DNA from: Corallochytrium limacisporum Hawaii
Taxonomy: Eukaryota > Protista > Pluriformea
DNA: 64,000 bases
Direction: 5' to 3'
Assembly: GCA_002811645.1 (NCBI GenBank)
Contig: PDIP01000012.1
Coordinates: 178,452-242,451, forward strand
Positions 35,293-46,176 of the stretch are shown piece after piece (positions within the stretch are counted from its first letter, which is position 1; every line of letters begins with the position of its first letter). The notes below the pieces were generated by a model that searched no databases, had not been told where the DNA came from, and was given only the letters and a program-made list of their open reading frames with translations. The position numbers and the translations under genes are program-made.

Positions 35293-36384
35293 ATGACCGC
35301 AAACGGTGGCACAAGTGGTGCCACAAACGGGGAGGAGATCCTGCCGGGTCTGCTGGGTAGCTTTCACAACACACCGTTGATGGAGATCCCATCCCTATCA
35401 GAGTACTTTGGAGCGAGGATCGCTGGCAAGGCTGAGTTCTTGAGCCCTGGTGGTAGCATTAAGGATCGACCGGCCTTGAGCATGGTCCTCGGCGCCGCAA
35501 AGGACGGCAAATTGAAACCTGGAGACACTGTAGTGGAGGGAACCGGCGGCAACACAGGCCTCGGTCTTGCCCTTGTAGCCAACGCCTTGGGCTACAAGTG
35601 CGTGGTCGTCCAGAACGAGGATATTAGTATCGACAAGCGGAACACGGTACTTGCGTTTGGTGCCGAAGTAATACTCACCAAGGCCTGTGCATTCAGCGAT
35701 CCCGGCCACTACTGGCAGACTGCGAAACGATACGCGGAGGAACACGAAGGTGCTGTGTTCGTGAACCAGTTCGAGAACCTCTACAACAGCCAGGCCCACT
35801 ATGAGCATACGGGCCCGGAGATTTGGCGACAAACGAATGGAAAGGTGGACGGCTTCTGTTGTGCCGCTGGCACTGGTGGTACCATTGCGGGCGTGAGCAG
35901 GGCGCTGAAGGAGAAAAGCAATGGCGAGGTCGCGTGCTATTTGATCGACGCACCCAAATCCTCACTATTTGCGTACGTCTCTGATCCGAAACACGAGGAC
36001 ATGACTGAATCCGAAGGCTTTACGGCTGGACTTGAGGGTGTGGGCATCGGACGGATCACGGCGAACTTTAAGACCGCGAAGGTTGATGGTGCCTTCCAGG
36101 GCGACGGACTGCAAGCAATTAAAATGGCATGGTACCTGCTACGCAAGGAAGGCATATTCGTCGGTCCCAGTGCTGCCATGAATGTCATCGGGGCATGCAG
36201 ATTGGCAGAGAAGCTGAAGAAGGAGGGCAAGGCCGAGGTGCCCTTGGTTACCACCGTGCTCTGTGACGGAGGCAATCGTTATGCCAACTCCGTTTTCGAC
36301 GACGAATGGCTGAAGGAGAAGGGCCTCCTGGATCAGGTCAAGAATTGTACCTTAGACGAAATCTTCAACAATCACAGCAATTGA
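35293..36384 (+). CDS. cysK: Cysteine synthase (O-acetylserine sulfhydrylase family, PLP fold II)
   Basis: KAEFLSPGGSIKDR (PLP lysine), EGTGGNTG, NQFEN, GPEIW.QT, GTGGT, EGVGIGRIT, LCDGG.RY. No CBS heme or regulatory domains. Confidence 0.92.
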   Translation: MTANGGTSGATNGEEILPGLLGSFHNTPLMEIPSLSEYFGARIAGKAEFLSPGGSIKDRPALSMVLGAAKDGKLKPGDTVVEGTGGNTGLGLALVANALGYKCVVVQNEDISIDKRNTVLAFGAEVILTKACAFSDPGHYWQTAKRYAEEHEGAVFVNQFENLYNSQAHYEHTGPEIWRQTNGKVDGFCCAAGTGGTIAGVSRALKEKSNGEVACYLIDAPKSSLFAYVSDPKHEDMTESEGFTAGLEGVGIGRITANFKTAKVDGAFQGDGLQAIKMAWYLLRKEGIFVGPSAAMNVIGACRLAEKLKKEGKAEVPLVTTVLCDGGNRYANSVFDDEWLKEKGLLDQVKNCTLDEIFNNHSN

Positions 36385-36552
36385 ACACTTGAACGAGGGG
36401 ATGGTCTGTTAGTTAGTGTTGTTATTGAGATAGTAAAATGTGTCCAATGTTAGTTTTCGGAACTTGGTGCAGGAGTTGATATTTTGTGTCTGTCAATTAT
36501 CTATCATAGTTTGATAGTGGTTCTTGTGGTGTGTGATCGTTGCAGCTGTCAC

Positions 36553-39500
36553 TTAGAACAGGCCGATTACACGGCCGTTCTCATCCAGGTCCACGTCGTA
36601 GAAGCACGGGCGAGTCGGCAGACCGGGCATAGTGCGCATGGTACCGACTAGAGGGTACAGGAACCCAGCACCGATTGAGCCCTTGACTTCCCGGATTGGC
36701 ACAGTGAAGCCCGTAGGGCGGCCCTTAGCATTGGGATCGGCGGACAGTGACAAGTGAGTCTTTGCCATGCAGATGGGCAGATTGCCAAAGCCCATGCGCT
36801 CGTAGCGTTCAATATCCTTTTGCGCCTTCTCTTCCAGCACAATGTCATCGGCACCGTAGACCTTCTGTGCAATAGTGCGGATCTTGTCAGTGACGCTCAT
36901 GTTGACGTCGTAAAGGAACTTAAAATCGGCCGGGTTAGAGCTGTCACAAGCCTTGATCACAGCTTCAGCGAGATCCACCGCACCTTTGCCTCCGTGGGCC
37001 CAGTGATTGGACACGACAGCGTCAGTAGCACCGGCCTGCAGAGACAGTTCACGAACAGCGTCCATTTCCGCCTGAGTGTCGGTGGCGAATTGATTGATGG
37101 CCACCACACAGGGGACGCCAAACATGCGCACGTTCTCGATCTGCTTCTCAAGGTTGGCAAAACCCTTGCGGACAAGGTCGACGTTCTCGTTCAGGTACTC
37201 ATCCGCGAGCGGTTTGCCGGCGGTCACTGCGGGGCCACCACCGTGCATCTTCAAGGCGCGCACTGTGGCTACCAGAACCACACAGTTGGGCACAAGGCCG
37301 GAGTAGCGGCACTTGATATTCATAAATTTCTCCATGCCAATATCGGCTCCAAACCCGGCCTCGGTGACTACGAAACCGTCCTTGCCGACTAGCTTGAGGG
37401 CGACCTTGTCGGCAACAATGGACGAGTTGCCGTGAGCGATGTTAGCGAACGGGCCTGCATGGACCAGGACAGGCGTGCCCTCAAGGGTCTGCATGAGATT
37501 TGGTTGGATAGCGTCCTTCATGAGCACGGTCAGAGCGCCGGTCACGCCGAGGTCATCGCATGTCACAGGGGTACCGTCCCGGCTGGATGCAACCACCATC
37601 TTGCTGAAGCGCTGCTTCATATCCTCCCGGTCTTGGGCAAGAGCAAGGACAGCCATGATCTCCGAAGCGACGGTGATGTCAAACTGGGTTTCGCGCGTGA
37701 TGCCTTTCTCGTCAGGGCCCTGACCGATGGTGATTTTGCGCAGGTACCGGTCGTTGGTGTCGAGTACCCGGTTCCATGTGATAGTTTCTGGGTCAATGTC
37801 GAGGCGGGCAAAGCGGCGGATTTCCTCCTCCGTGAGGTCGTCCGGATGTTCCTTGGTAATGCCGAGGCGCTGCAGACGACGCTGCATGATGGGTGCAAAG
37901 GAGCGGATGCCCTTCTTCGCCGGCACGAGACGTTTGTACAAAGCGTCGTCCTTCTGGGTAGTTTCATGGAAGTTGCGGGCATCGATGGCGGCAGCCAGCA
38001 GGTTGTTGGCCGCAGTGATGGCGTGGATGTCACCGGTCAGATGAAGATTAAATTCATCCATGGGAATGACTTGAGCGTAGCCACCGCCGGCGGCTCCGCC
38101 CTTGATACCAAAGGTCGGGCCCTGGGAAGGCTGGCGAACACAGGCGAACGTATTGCGATTTACGTGGGCACCCAGTGCCTGGGCCAGGCCGGCCGTAGTG
38201 GTGCTCTTGCCCTCTCCCAATGGGGTGGGATTAATGCCAGCGACACAGACGTACCTACCATTCGGGCGGTTGGCCAGACGGTCAAGGATGGAAAGGTTGA
38301 TCTTGGCCTTGTACTTGCCGTACAGTTCCAGCTCGGATGGAAGGATGCCAATTTCCTTGGCCAGCTGCTCGGCGTACTTCGGGGTCTGGGCCATTGCGAC
38401 CTCAATGTCCGAGGGGACAGTGGGCAGGGGGTTCAGGCGCAGGGGGCGCAGCTGCCAAGGTCCGTACTGCAGTTCCATGGATTGCTTAGCAGCCTCCAGT
38501 GTATTGTCCATTAGCATGGCCACGGTCATCGGGCCCACACCACCAGGGACGGGGGTGATGGCACCAGCCACCTTGGCACATTCGGCGTAATCGACATCAC
38601 CGACTAGACGTTTGCCGGACTTTTTGGTGGGATCGTCAATGGCGTTGATGCCGACATCAATAACAATACATCCTGGCTTCAACCAGTCCCCCTTGACCAT
38701 CTGCGCGCGTCCCACAGCAGCCACAAGAATGTCAGCTGTCTTACACACTTCGGCCAGATTTCTGGTCCGACTGTGGCACACCGTGACAGTGGCGTTGTTC
38801 TGAATTAGCAGATTCTGCATAGGCATGCCGACAATGGTGGAGCGACCGAGCACCACAGCGTTGGCGCCACTAATCTCGACGCCAGAACGGAGGATGAGTT
38901 CAAGACAACCCTTCGGAGTACAGGGGACGAAGGCACGGCGCTGACCCTTCTGAGCCTTGCGGGTCAGCTGGCCAACGTTAATGGAATGGAAACCGTCGAC
39001 GTCTTTGGCCGGATCAACTGCGTCCGTAATGGCAGACTCGGAGATGTGCCCGGGCAAAGGCAGTTGGACAATGATACCATGGATGCGAGTGTCGTTGTTT
39101 AGTTTGTGCAGAAGGTTCAGCAGCTCTCCCTCCGTGATTTCCTCCGGATGGTGCTCGTGCACGAAGTGGAAACCTACTTCTGCGGCGGCCTTAGCCTTCA
39201 TCTTGATGTAGGAGGTGGAATCGGGGCGACCACCAACCTGGACGACGCACAGACCTGGGACAATGCCATATTGCTCCTTGAAGCAGTGCACATCTCGGGC
39301 CACGCGTGCGCGCACATCTCCCGAAATCTCTTTACCACTCAACACCTGTGCCATTGTTCTATCGTTGTTGTAGTACCGTGGGGGTATCCAGAATTCACGC
39401 AAACGAGAGGTGCTGCTGAAGAATTTAGGTTGAGAAACCGTTACTTGACTGGTACCAACTCCTGGAAGTGGATAGTTCAATCGGTTCAGTCCGATACACG

Positions 39501-39588
39501 ACGATACGCTATTGCTACTATGCCGTGAAGCTTTACTAGTCAGCTGTCGGCTCAAAGATTGAAGAAAGCGCAAGCTACACACCTGCAT
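36553..39588 (-). CDS. MTHFD1: Trifunctional C1-tetrahydrofolate synthase with N-terminal presequence
   Basis: Dehydrogenase/cyclohydrolase domain ([29 protein letters not shown]) fused to formyl-THF synthetase ([38 protein letters not shown]). In-frame ATGs at 39693, 39588 and 39354. Confidence 0.97.
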   Translation of the reverse strand: MQVCSLRFLQSLSRQLTSKASRHSSNSVSSCIGLNRLNYPLPGVGTSQVTVSQPKFFSSTSRLREFWIPPRYYNNDRTMAQVLSGKEISGDVRARVARDVHCFKEQYGIVPGLCVVQVGGRPDSTSYIKMKAKAAAEVGFHFVHEHHPEEITEGELLNLLHKLNNDTRIHGIIVQLPLPGHISESAITDAVDPAKDVDGFHSINVGQLTRKAQKGQRRAFVPCTPKGCLELILRSGVEISGANAVVLGRSTIVGMPMQNLLIQNNATVTVCHSRTRNLAEVCKTADILVAAVGRAQMVKGDWLKPGCIVIDVGINAIDDPTKKSGKRLVGDVDYAECAKVAGAITPVPGGVGPMTVAMLMDNTLEAAKQSMELQYGPWQLRPLRLNPLPTVPSDIEVAMAQTPKYAEQLAKEIGILPSELELYGKYKAKINLSILDRLANRPNGRYVCVAGINPTPLGEGKSTTTAGLAQALGAHVNRNTFACVRQPSQGPTFGIKGGAAGGGYAQVIPMDEFNLHLTGDIHAITAANNLLAAAIDARNFHETTQKDDALYKRLVPAKKGIRSFAPIMQRRLQRLGITKEHPDDLTEEEIRRFARLDIDPETITWNRVLDTNDRYLRKITIGQGPDEKGITRETQFDITVASEIMAVLALAQDREDMKQRFSKMVVASSRDGTPVTCDDLGVTGALTVLMKDAIQPNLMQTLEGTPVLVHAGPFANIAHGNSSIVADKVALKLVGKDGFVVTEAGFGADIGMEKFMNIKCRYSGLVPNCVVLVATVRALKMHGGGPAVTAGKPLADEYLNENVDLVRKGFANLEKQIENVRMFGVPCVVAINQFATDTQAEMDAVRELSLQAGATDAVVSNHWAHGGKGAVDLAEAVIKACDSSNPADFKFLYDVNMSVTDKIRTIAQKVYGADDIVLEEKAQKDIERYERMGFGNLPICMAKTHLSLSADPNAKGRPTGFTVPIREVKGSIGAGFLYPLVGTMRTMPGLPTRPCFYDVDLDENGRVIGLF

Positions 39589-40480
39589 CAACCAATCCGG
39601 AGAGCCTCCTGTGAGTTGGTTACTCAGACATGAAGCAGATAATACTATCGCACGAGAATTGTTCACCCATTGATCTAGTCCGGGTCTACACATACCTTCA
39701 CAACCGATCTCACATATACAACAACCCTATAATCGCACTACCCCGTTTCTCGGTCCTCGTCACAATAGGAGATCATGTTCTACGCCGTACAGCTCGTCCG
39801 TGACCCACTTTAGCACACCACCGCTACACCAAGACAGGTTGCCTTTGTTGACCCTTTTCTTCATCTCATTGCGGGATAAATCCCGCACGCAAGGAGCACT
39901 CATGGCGGCAAAAAGACCAGCAGTGGACACCCTACGTGGAATGGCGGGACCGCATATTCACTCACAAAAATACACAGACCCACACGCATGCGTGTAACAC
40001 GAGACGCAGCACATTGAGAGAAAGGCAAAACCAGTTCGAAACACAACAAATATCACTGCCAACACACGATCCCATTAACATTTACTTAAATGGGGAGCGC
40101 AGGTGGTGCAGCAGCCACGTCTGTTTACCTCCGTTGAAACCCTTTTCGTTTTCCCAGCTGGCCGCGCACTGACACAGTTTTGCCTGTTGCTTGCTACCAT
40201 TGCATCTGTCCCTTCTGCCCGGCCCCTCCCAGTTTCAGCTCCTTAGCTGGCGGGAAGGGGTGGGCACATCGTGTGGCTGTTTCTTTGCATCGTGTTTTTG
40301 CTAGCAGATGGACAACACCGATCATCAATTTGAACATTCAGTATATCATAAATATTAATGTATAATATAATTACTGGTAGTATTTTTATATTTCAAAACA
40401 TTAGTATAGTAAATTCGAAGGGAAAAAAAAAACTCGCCTTTGCGGATTTGTGACTGCCCTCTGCCGTTGTGGGCCCGTCC

Positions 40481-41671
40481 TTAGTTGGTACCAGCAGGAT
40501 CACGCGCGTGCTCTATCATCCATTGTATCGAATCACGAAGATGAATGGCAGACTGGGGTATTGTCGGATTGTTGACATAGCCGTGAGCTTCAGATGGGTA
40601 CATTTTTGCCTTGGTCGTGACCCCGAGCTCGGCCTGGTGCGCAGCGTAGTGCATGGCGCGGTCTTTGAAGAGATCCATTTCTCCGTGGGTGCTAATGGTC
40701 GGCGGAAACTGTGCAATGATCGCGTCGTCCACGGTGCGTGGGTCCAAGTATTTTGCTGTAAAATTGATGCCATGACCCTTTGCTTGAGGATAGAATTGGG
40801 CGATAATCCAAGCGCTGTATTTCTCCCGCAGAATGACGGTCCGGTTGCCCCATTCATCCTCGCTCTTCAATCGATTGGCACCGAAGAAGAAAGCGTATTG
40901 CAACCACATGCCCCGCACCTTGATGATATCCTGTAGCTGCCGCTCATAAGTCATGGCCATCACAGCATTAATCATGACCCCTCCTGCGCTCTGTCCGCTT
41001 AAATAGATGCCCCGGTTTTGATGATCTGCTCCGAAGCGCTGCAATTCGCGCACGATATCCTTGCCCTCAAATATCCAGCGTGTTGTCGCAAGACCGTCCT
41101 CCAAGGCGGCTGGGTATTTGTGCTCAGGAGCTGTTCGATAGTCCATGGACACTACGAGCATATCAAATTCTTTAGCCATTCTTCGGCAGAGACCATCGTA
41201 AATCCCAGTGGCCCTGGAGAAGTGAATGAAGCCACCACCATGGAAGAAGAGAAGCACGTCCCGGCGTGTAGCGGAGCCTGCGCTAACGCCCCCCTCGCCG
41301 ACCTCGGTTAGGGCCTTTGGAGGAATGAAAAGGCGGGCCTTGTTGCCGTTCACACCTGTGTCAAAGTCTCTGGAAGCGACGCCGTCCGGAGATAGAGCAA
41401 CTAGGGAAAGATCGGGGTCAATCATGACCGCGGGTGTCTCGGGAAGCTCCGGCGGATCGAGCCAGCGGCTGTATGGCCCAGGTGCCCAAAAATATGCATT
41501 GCTGAGGAAGAGTTTGAGTGGGAAAGTAAACGTCTCGGTCACGCGCATGGGCCATGAGATGCGTGGGTCGAACGCTTGCTTCATGTACGCCACCACTGCG
41601 ATCCCGGTGAATCCAGCAAACGTAGCCACTGCCCCCACTGGGACGGTCTTCAGTACTGATAGACCAGCCAT
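40481..41671 (-). CDS. Alpha/beta hydrolase of the HSL/carboxylesterase family with N-terminal membrane anchor
   Basis: HGGG oxyanion motif, DYRTAPEH.YP, GQSAG nucleophile, and catalytic D (MDLF) and H (AHGY) candidates. First ATG at 41671. Confidence 0.92.
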   Translation of the reverse strand: MAGLSVLKTVPVGAVATFAGFTGIAVVAYMKQAFDPRISWPMRVTETFTFPLKLFLSNAYFWAPGPYSRWLDPPELPETPAVMIDPDLSLVALSPDGVASRDFDTGVNGNKARLFIPPKALTEVGEGGVSAGSATRRDVLLFFHGGGFIHFSRATGIYDGLCRRMAKEFDMLVVSMDYRTAPEHKYPAALEDGLATTRWIFEGKDIVRELQRFGADHQNRGIYLSGQSAGGVMINAVMAMTYERQLQDIIKVRGMWLQYAFFFGANRLKSEDEWGNRTVILREKYSAWIIAQFYPQAKGHGINFTAKYLDPRTVDDAIIAQFPPTISTHGEMDLFKDRAMHYAAHQAELGVTTKAKMYPSEAHGYVNNPTIPQSAIHLRDSIQWMIEHARDPAGTN

Positions 41672-43582
41672 TGGTTTCTTTTGTTCTTTAGTTTTATCAC
41701 ACAATTAATGCATGACACTTGCACATCTGATTACCCTGCTCTGTTGAAATATCCGTCTAGTGCTTCGAAGCACACAGTGTTATGTAAAGGAAGCAGCATC
41801 AAGGGACAACAGTGGCAGGGAATCCATGATCCTCCCACTCACATTCCTGCGCTGCAGTAGATTCACTACTGGTCCCAACGCCCCTGCCAGTCCTAACTCC
41901 TCGCCGCCAAACCAGTGGCATGAGTACTGAAACAAGGGGGATGCCATTTGGTAGCCCGCCTATTGAAAACACCATTCCGTTTGTAAACGCAAGCCTCTTC
42001 TGCTGCGCCTGCCTAAAGTGGCAATCACTGGACTCGTCTTTGGCAACTGTGCTCCCCTGTGGTTCTTTCAGTACCAAACTCTGGACGGCTCCGGGGCAGG
42101 GTCGGTTGAGATAATATATACGGACTATATTAAAATCCTTGCTTGTCGCTAGCTAGCGATGGCCCCTGATTGGCTGCAGCCAGGAGACCAAAGCAGCGAG
42201 TGAGAAGAGAAGGAAGTTCGGTAGTGAATGTACTGAGTAGCCGGGGCATCGCCCCGATTGACACCGAACCTCACAACGATCCGCGGAGGAAACTGTCCCC
42301 TGCCTGTTGGCTTTTTTGTTCCGCCTGGCTTTTGAAATCTGTGGTACATTCATTATAGAACTGAATCGTCACCGTGAGGAGGAGACGTAGAGGAAAGGCA
42401 ACGAACTGGGGACCAGAGGGATCCACAGTGAGACAATCGCTCTGCCCAATGAAATCACAGCGACAGGAACAGCTAATGGCAACAAGAATTAAGTGGAAAT
42501 TGTAAAATCCGTCCGGAGCCGACGAGATTTTTTGCCATACACTCATTATTGTGACGTGTTCCCGTACCAGTTTTAACGCCACCGGGGAGGAGTGGGGGGA
42601 GAGAGGAGAGCGATGTGGGAGAGAAGATGGAGTGGGGTGGCAACGGCCCTCCCCTACCCCCCGGGACCTGCCGTCCTCCCCGGGCGAAGAGGGGGTTGGG
42701 GTGAGGCCGGGTAGTATCCCGATCGGACCGTGCGCGGGTTCCCAGTCCGCCTGTCGGTGGTACAAACAGAACCGGAGCCTGCGGGACGGCAACGCGGCGA
42801 CGGGGGGGAAGGCGGCACCTCCTCCGCAAATCGCTAGGGAAGAAAAAAGAGCAAGCGCAAACCAAAGAGAAAAAATTAAGAGGGGGTAGCTGGGAGGAAG
42901 CGTGAAAAAGTGGTGAGAGTATAGGTGGTGGTGGTGGTGGTAGGGAGGGAGGGGGAGCCTGCCGAGTTGTACACCCCGAGGGACTGGCCCACTTTTTTTC
43001 TTTTTGGCAGTTCCTCAATAAACGGGGTGCGTTGCAGTCTGGTTGGTTACAGTTTGACCATTGCTGACTCGTATCAGCCTGTGTGGGTTCTCTGGTAGCA
43101 CTGCGTGTGTTCTTGCTCCTTAATTTCACATTCTTGTATTTTGCTTTTGTTTTTTTGTTCCTTTTGGCACTTGTTATGCTTGTTTGGCGATGATAGACGA
43201 TATAGTTCGGTAAGTTCGAGGTGGTTCCATTGCTTCGTAACTAAGACTGTATGGAGCAACCAGCTAGGAGGTAGATCAAGTACAAAAGAACCAGAGCATG
43301 AGTATTTTCGTAGAAGCTTCATCTCCAAGGATATGTGGACAGTAAGGAAATAAGACTGTCTATCCAATAGAAATACTGAAGGCGGTTGAGGTCCTTTAGG
43401 ATCTGTGAAGAGACGGCACCGGGTCATTGGGTAGCCTGAGAAAGTCGCAGACGTTGCAAGAAAAACTTGACGACCACCCGTCAAAGGGCAGAACATTCGC
43501 CAATGTGAAGATTGAAAATTGTGAGAGTTTACAGATCTATTGCAGGCAATAGAACTCGGAGACAGAAACGAAAACCAAGAAA

Positions 43583-45994
43583 ATGGCAATGCATTTGTCA
43601 GCGGAAAGCATACCTGGTCAAGATGACCCCGATTTCGATGTCCGCGTCATGCGCAGAAAGTCCGGACGGGCCCGTCCAAAAAGCGCTGGGAGTACTCAGG
43701 ACGTAAGGGAGATCTTCACCAGCGAAGATGATATTGTGGACGCGTTGGATCAGGTAGTAATGGAAGCCGATATGGATGCACTCTCATTGCCAGACGACGA
43801 TTTTGGACCGTATGATGAGGAGCAGGAATGCTGCTGTGTGAAAATCCAAGCTCAAATACGGTGCTGGTTGGCGTGCAGGGGGGTGAAGCGTATCAAACAC
43901 AGGAGGTACATTATCGAGGAATTATTGGACACAGAGCGCAGCTATGTGCGGGTGCTAAAGAACTTGGATAAATGGTACCACAAGCCCCTAATGGCATCCC
44001 TGAACCGAACTCCCATCCTCAGTAAGAAAGAGATCAGAACCATCTTCACGGGAGTCGGCGATATGTTGGAGGAGCACCAGAGTCTGCTGGATCATATGAC
44101 GGAGCGACTGCACCGTCAGTATTTTGGAACATGCATTGGTGATCTGTTTAACACCCTCTGCCTACGTCTCGCGGAGGTGTACACAGAGTACATCAACAAT
44201 TTCGAGAGCCAAAGTTTCACCCTTAAGGAAGCTCGGGAGAAAAACCAAGCATTTGTGCGTTTTCTGGGCGGGAAGCGTGACTTCCACGGACACAGGGACG
44301 ATATTGCGGACCTTTTAATCGCACCAGTGCAGCGCATCCCGCGGTACCTGTTGCTGCTCGAACAGATCCGTAAGTACACGCCTCGCTGGCACCCGGACTT
44401 CCAGCTGCTCAGTGTTGCTCTTCTGGACATTCGTAAACTGGCGTCCATAGTCAACGAGCGCAAGCGTATGGCAGAGAAGATGGCAATGTTAGAGGAATCT
44501 ATGATTGGCTTCACAGATCGGCTGAGCCGGCCTGACCGATTCCTGGTTATGCGTGTTGACGTGCTGGATACGAAGCGGAAGGACAGGTGTCTGTTTCTTT
44601 TTACCGACTGTCTCATTATGGCGACACCGAAGCGGAAGAAGACGACTTTAGACCGCAGGCTGGTGGCGCGCCTGACAGAACGGGACACGAGTACCACCGA
44701 CACGGATTCCCAAATGACGGACAGCACAGGACCTGGCACCACTTCCAGCTTCGACAATGTTCCAGGTGAACGTGAGCTGTTTGAATTCAAGTGGTCTATG
44801 GATATCAAGGATATTGATGCTCATCCGACCGACCCCATATTCCCGAAGGCCAGCCCGCGTTACATCAAGAACAAGAGCAACGCAGCTGCGGCTGACATCA
44901 TGGACGGATGCCGCATTGTGAACTGGTACCTATGGAAGGACAAAGACAAGGCGCAGCTCCACTTCTTCTTTATCGATACTAGCGTTCGTGACCAGTTCGT
45001 AGATGAGATCAAGAAGGCACGTCATCGATACATGATCCGACACGCGGAACAGGGCGAACGGGAAGGTTCGATGATGTCTGGCATCCTCAAGAAAGCCCAC
45101 CGTCGCAGCATGATGGTCGGAGGGTCAGGCCCGGCGAATGGCAATGGTACCTCGTGCTCATCCACCCCAGGCGCTGGCGGCGCTGCGAGCACACAGGTGC
45201 TTCCTTCCACACCTCCGCTGGAGGAAGAGGATGAGGATCAGGAAGGGGAGCCGGCGACACGTCGGATGCCAAGTCCGCGGGCTCCTGGATCATCGTCTGA
45301 TTACAATCTCATTGAGGAAGGGGAAGAAAGGGGGGACGTGTATCCTATGTCCCCGCAGATTGCGCGTCGTGTGATGACTAAAAACATGATACCATCTGTG
45401 AACACCTCAATGGAATCACCGCTATCGGACTATGGCCCACTGTCGCCAACATTATCCCCACGCGTTGGTGATGATGACGCTCCCAACGTAGACCGCGCGC
45501 CCACTGTGAAGAAGAGTGGCATCACTAGCCCAGGACTCCGGCGCAAGCTTTCCAAACTAATCCGTGCCGCCAGCAATGAGAACACCGCAGACCGATCACA
45601 TTCACCGAAGGGCCCCAACAACCGACGATCCAGCGTGGATAGTTGCGCGCCATCCATTGCTCTGTCTGAAGTGGCTACGACTACGGCCTCGAATGGCAAT
45701 ACGGTTACTATTCTCTCTCCACGCGGCAACATCCGTCCTGCTGCAATTCATGACGCACTGTTGAAAGAGCTTGACCTGCGGCTTGAGAAGGAGCGAAAGG
45801 CCCTGCAGGCACTGGAGAAGTACCGTGGCCTTGTCAAGGGCAAGGCTCTTCAGGACATCGAAGTGCAAATGGGTAGCTGCCACAAAGCCATCCAAAGATT
45901 GGAAGCAGAGCGAGAGGCAGTTCTCCGCCAACGGGACCATGCGGCGCAGATGACGTCAAAGCCAATGCGCACTGTGAATGAGCAAGAGGTCTAA
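43583..45994 (+). CDS. Dbl-family RhoGEF (IQ-DH-PH, C-terminal HR1-like coiled coil)
   Basis: IQAQIRCWLACR IQ motif; DH motifs ELLDTERSYV..L and LLIAPVQRIPRYLLLL; PH motif RCLFLFTDCLIM. Confidence 0.92.
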   Translation: MAMHLSAESIPGQDDPDFDVRVMRRKSGRARPKSAGSTQDVREIFTSEDDIVDALDQVVMEADMDALSLPDDDFGPYDEEQECCCVKIQAQIRCWLACRGVKRIKHRRYIIEELLDTERSYVRVLKNLDKWYHKPLMASLNRTPILSKKEIRTIFTGVGDMLEEHQSLLDHMTERLHRQYFGTCIGDLFNTLCLRLAEVYTEYINNFESQSFTLKEAREKNQAFVRFLGGKRDFHGHRDDIADLLIAPVQRIPRYLLLLEQIRKYTPRWHPDFQLLSVALLDIRKLASIVNERKRMAEKMAMLEESMIGFTDRLSRPDRFLVMRVDVLDTKRKDRCLFLFTDCLIMATPKRKKTTLDRRLVARLTERDTSTTDTDSQMTDSTGPGTTSSFDNVPGERELFEFKWSMDIKDIDAHPTDPIFPKASPRYIKNKSNAAAADIMDGCRIVNWYLWKDKDKAQLHFFFIDTSVRDQFVDEIKKARHRYMIRHAEQGEREGSMMSGILKKAHRRSMMVGGSGPANGNGTSCSSTPGAGGAASTQVLPSTPPLEEEDEDQEGEPATRRMPSPRAPGSSSDYNLIEEGEERGDVYPMSPQIARRVMTKNMIPSVNTSMESPLSDYGPLSPTLSPRVGDDDAPNVDRAPTVKKSGITSPGLRRKLSKLIRAASNENTADRSHSPKGPNNRRSSVDSCAPSIALSEVATTTASNGNTVTILSPRGNIRPAAIHDALLKELDLRLEKERKALQALEKYRGLVKGKALQDIEVQMGSCHKAIQRLEAEREAVLRQRDHAAQMTSKPMRTVNEQEV

Positions 45995-46176
45995 TTAAAT
46001 ACAAAAATTGTCTACTTTAGTTTTTGGAATTAGTTTGCTTAATGAAACGGTCTAGCAGCGTCGTCTCATGTCTCTTCCGTGGTAACGCTTGGTTTGTGGG
46101 CTGCGACTACGTCACCACCTCAGCTGCCCCAACAGTAAGCTGATGGACACGCGCCGCTGACGGAACGTAAACCGCT

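Noticed and set aside
37432-38514. Long antisense ORFs within MTHFD1, ACADM, HMBS, ELP1 and GNL3
   Set aside because: Shadow ORFs caused by codon bias on the coding strand.
11202-39588. Metabolic cluster of heme, cytochrome c, cysteine and folate genes
   Set aside because: The genes are interspersed with unrelated housekeeping genes and show no shared pathway or orientation.
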